Of a stretch of DNA of 24,530 nucleotides, positions 23,601-24,530 are shown in pieces. The first letter of the stretch is position 1. Every line of letters begins with the position of its first letter. The DNA lies in the IMG/VR virus record IMGVR_UViG_3300020045_006068, positions 1 through 24,530 of that record; one strand, given 5' to 3'. The notes below the pieces were generated by a model. It was not told where the DNA came from. It did not search any database and saw only the letters and a list, made by a program, of their open reading frames with translations. The translations under genes were made by a program, and so were the position numbers. Source of the stretch: a virus. Taxonomy: Duplodnaviria > Caudoviricetes.

Positions 23601-24530
23601 GGCAACATTTATGCAATATTCAACGAGCAAATCAAAGAAGTAACCGACCCGTTAAAGCGTGAACAATTACAAGTGAAATTCCAGCTAAAAATTGACGCGC
23701 AGGCATTTAAGGCGCAGATGGATTCTTTAAAAAGCGGGCTGGAATCTGCATTAGGCTCAATGTTGGACGGCACAAAATCATTTGGCGAGGCGTTTAAAGG
23801 CCTGTTTGATTCGATGGTTAAGCAAATACTTAACACATCAATTAAAAACTTGGTGGACGGGCTTCAAAATGCCCTGAATGGTGGGAGTTGGTCACAGTTT
23901 TTCAGTGGCGTTGTAGGGGTTGCGGCCAGTGCCTTGACCAGCTGGCTATCAGACAGCGGCAAGGCCGATGCGCCCAGCCTAGCCCAAACCAGCACCAATA
24001 AAAACATTTTAGGCCTCGACAGCATGGCCATCGCTGACAAAGGTGGCCGCGCCACTTTTGAAGCGTCGATGGTGCCGACGATCCAGAATTACAATAACTC
24101 GCTTAACTTGGCATCAACGCTAATTCGCCAAAACGCCGACACGATTGTCAATTTCGGCGCAAAACTGTTGGGCAGCTTGTCGCAATCGGTGCTGGGCGGT
24201 GCGGTCACGGGCGCTATTTCTAAATTTGTGGACGGCCTCAAAAGTGCCTATTCTTCTGTCACCTCGTTTGGCAGCGAATTGGTGGGTGGCGTTGGCAAGA
24301 TTATCGGCGCGGCCACTGATGCGTTGGGCATCACCAGCGCGGCAGCAACCAATGGGATTTCAAATGTCGGCACGGGCGCTGGCGCAAATGTCGGCGAAGC
24401 GGCAGGATCAGGATCAAGCGCAGCCGGTGCGGCAGGCACGGTGATTGCGTTGGTGGGCTTGGCTTATAACTTGTTTAGCATTGCAGGCCAAAAGTTTACA
24501 TCAACGTTAAACAAAGTGTCACAAGGCTTT
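20655..24530 (+). CDS. tape measure protein (partial, >1290 aa) with internal GH73/FlgJ-like peptidoglycan hydrolase domain
   Basis: ATG 20655 (ATGCCTGA overlap); absent from the ORF track, consistent with no stop before the window end; SPF...QLGQAWGKGRLQ...ERGIPV tape-measure motif; QLALETGYG...NNLGNIK...GYATDQNY at about 22626-23010. Confidence 0.93.
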   Translation, partial: MPDIRSLVIRADTRDVANASVNLDRLAQSTRTLNTSLNQSRDGLGSYQAALARISQSTTSAERALISANGAFSSYANSLRSIVPQINAVNSAMGTIGASAAAAGGHTSTASARMVAGMTGAATAAQNAARATAAATGSISAGMAGASTATQNAANTATAALSGMANNSRASMAAMTEAMVANLNQINATLLRMSANASNTGGGIGNLGAGAGQAAGNVGNLGGAIGVANNFLAAFGVTLGAVGLAQFAREIFNVSKQFENMQIQARAVFGTMQEGMLAIKLAQKLDLASPFNLQGIEAAMIKLKTMGLEPTEKVMKSLLDTAAFIGQGDEGLSGFILQLGQAWGKGRLQLVDAKLMMERGIPVIKAFTQVTGLQEDAFYKMSEAGTIGRDTMLKMIEAMGQITGGSAWLAMESMDGKISNLSSAWGKLASSFKDTSAWAAMKIVIEDWALTLDAVREKIEGVTKVSPVSSLDSQVSAQYSKVTAMQTRSNPSKEWLSQLTEESAKLAGLIETRKIALGLAKDEDKAEQGLKDAQQKRLDESVLKQTEINGITEDAINLRKDGMTREIAMVTQASSQEVAIIKNKVAEIELLYTSGAVSMSDYFAQKAGLINQQFDAQAQGIKDQLGIVNNAMAELPSSATTIKFKLDTKNLDGQMAGFVDKFGAQISKISGQLKIPFELIASQLALETGYGRSIIKNADGSSTNNLGNIKDFSGNGVRAYDKIEKSNDGYKAYASADDFVADYVAKIKRQWSGAMGAKTAQELAAGLKTGKQGGYATDQNYAQKIESISSKFKGVTTTADEAGSVQLNKQRTELMLQQSKLSGDISENERARGLALKGNVADQLKIVDAYMQQGETAAETYNREVALLQQKKEFALNSPGADVGAVNNAYLQQLDKLGETLLKNTPLVQEFDSAQKAYKGTVGNLEESIAKLNKAFDIGAISLPEYYNQLDRLFESFNKNDKGAEQFKSVMEALDKEILTASGNIYAIFNEQIKEVTDPLKREQLQVKFQLKIDAQAFKAQMDSLKSGLESALGSMLDGTKSFGEAFKGLFDSMVKQILNTSIKNLVDGLQNALNGGSWSQFFSGVVGVAASALTSWLSDSGKADAPSLAQTSTNKNILGLDSMAIADKGGRATFEASMVPTIQNYNNSLNLASTLIRQNADTIVNFGAKLLGSLSQSVLGGAVTGAISKFVDGLKSAYSSVTSFGSELVGGVGKIIGAATDALGITSAAATNGISNVGTGAGANVGEAAGSGSSAAGAAGTVIALVGLAYNLFSIAGQKFTSTLNKVSQGF

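Noticed and set aside
20795-24439. Many minus-strand and off-frame ORFs
   Set aside because: Shadows of the tape measure gene; the same applies to antisense ORFs over the portal, coat, endolysin and 5766-6773 genes.
1-24530. tRNA, rRNA, CRISPR array, integrase, transposase, reverse transcriptase/DGR, stop-codon recoding
   Set aside because: None recognisable by eye; long genes read through under the standard code, and all three stop codons terminate genes.

Overview
24.5 kb of a tailed dsDNA phage or prophage (siphovirus-type; no sheath or baseplate genes in the window). Left to right: an unknown gene and a PEP-CTERM/VPLPA-CTERM-like surface protein; a GC-rich structured intergenic segment; a long, translationally coupled operon of small secreted and membrane proteins with overlapping spanin-like genes, holin candidates, a GH19 endolysin and a 335-aa protein that does not look like a typical phage gene; an inverted Rha-P63C gene; thermonuclease and ParB-DNA methyltransferase genes; an inverted 1.9-kb five-gene cassette; and a canonical morphogenesis module (terS, terL, portal, minor head, scaffold, P22-like coat, connectors, tail tube, frameshifted tail chaperones, and a >1290-aa tape measure protein with an internal GH73/FlgJ-like domain, running off the window). 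The best candidate for an undescribed system is the inverted cassette. It has a consensus sigma70 promoter overlapped by repeated operator-like boxes, repeated gene leaders, an acidic protein, a terminal ribbon-helix-helix protein and 11-bp flanking direct repeats, which resembles an anti-defence (acr/aca-like) operon. Three candidate cis-acting RNA structures also stand out. All family calls come from motif recognition by eye, not database searches. The host guess (a PEP-CTERM-using proteobacterium, possibly Methylococcales) is inference.
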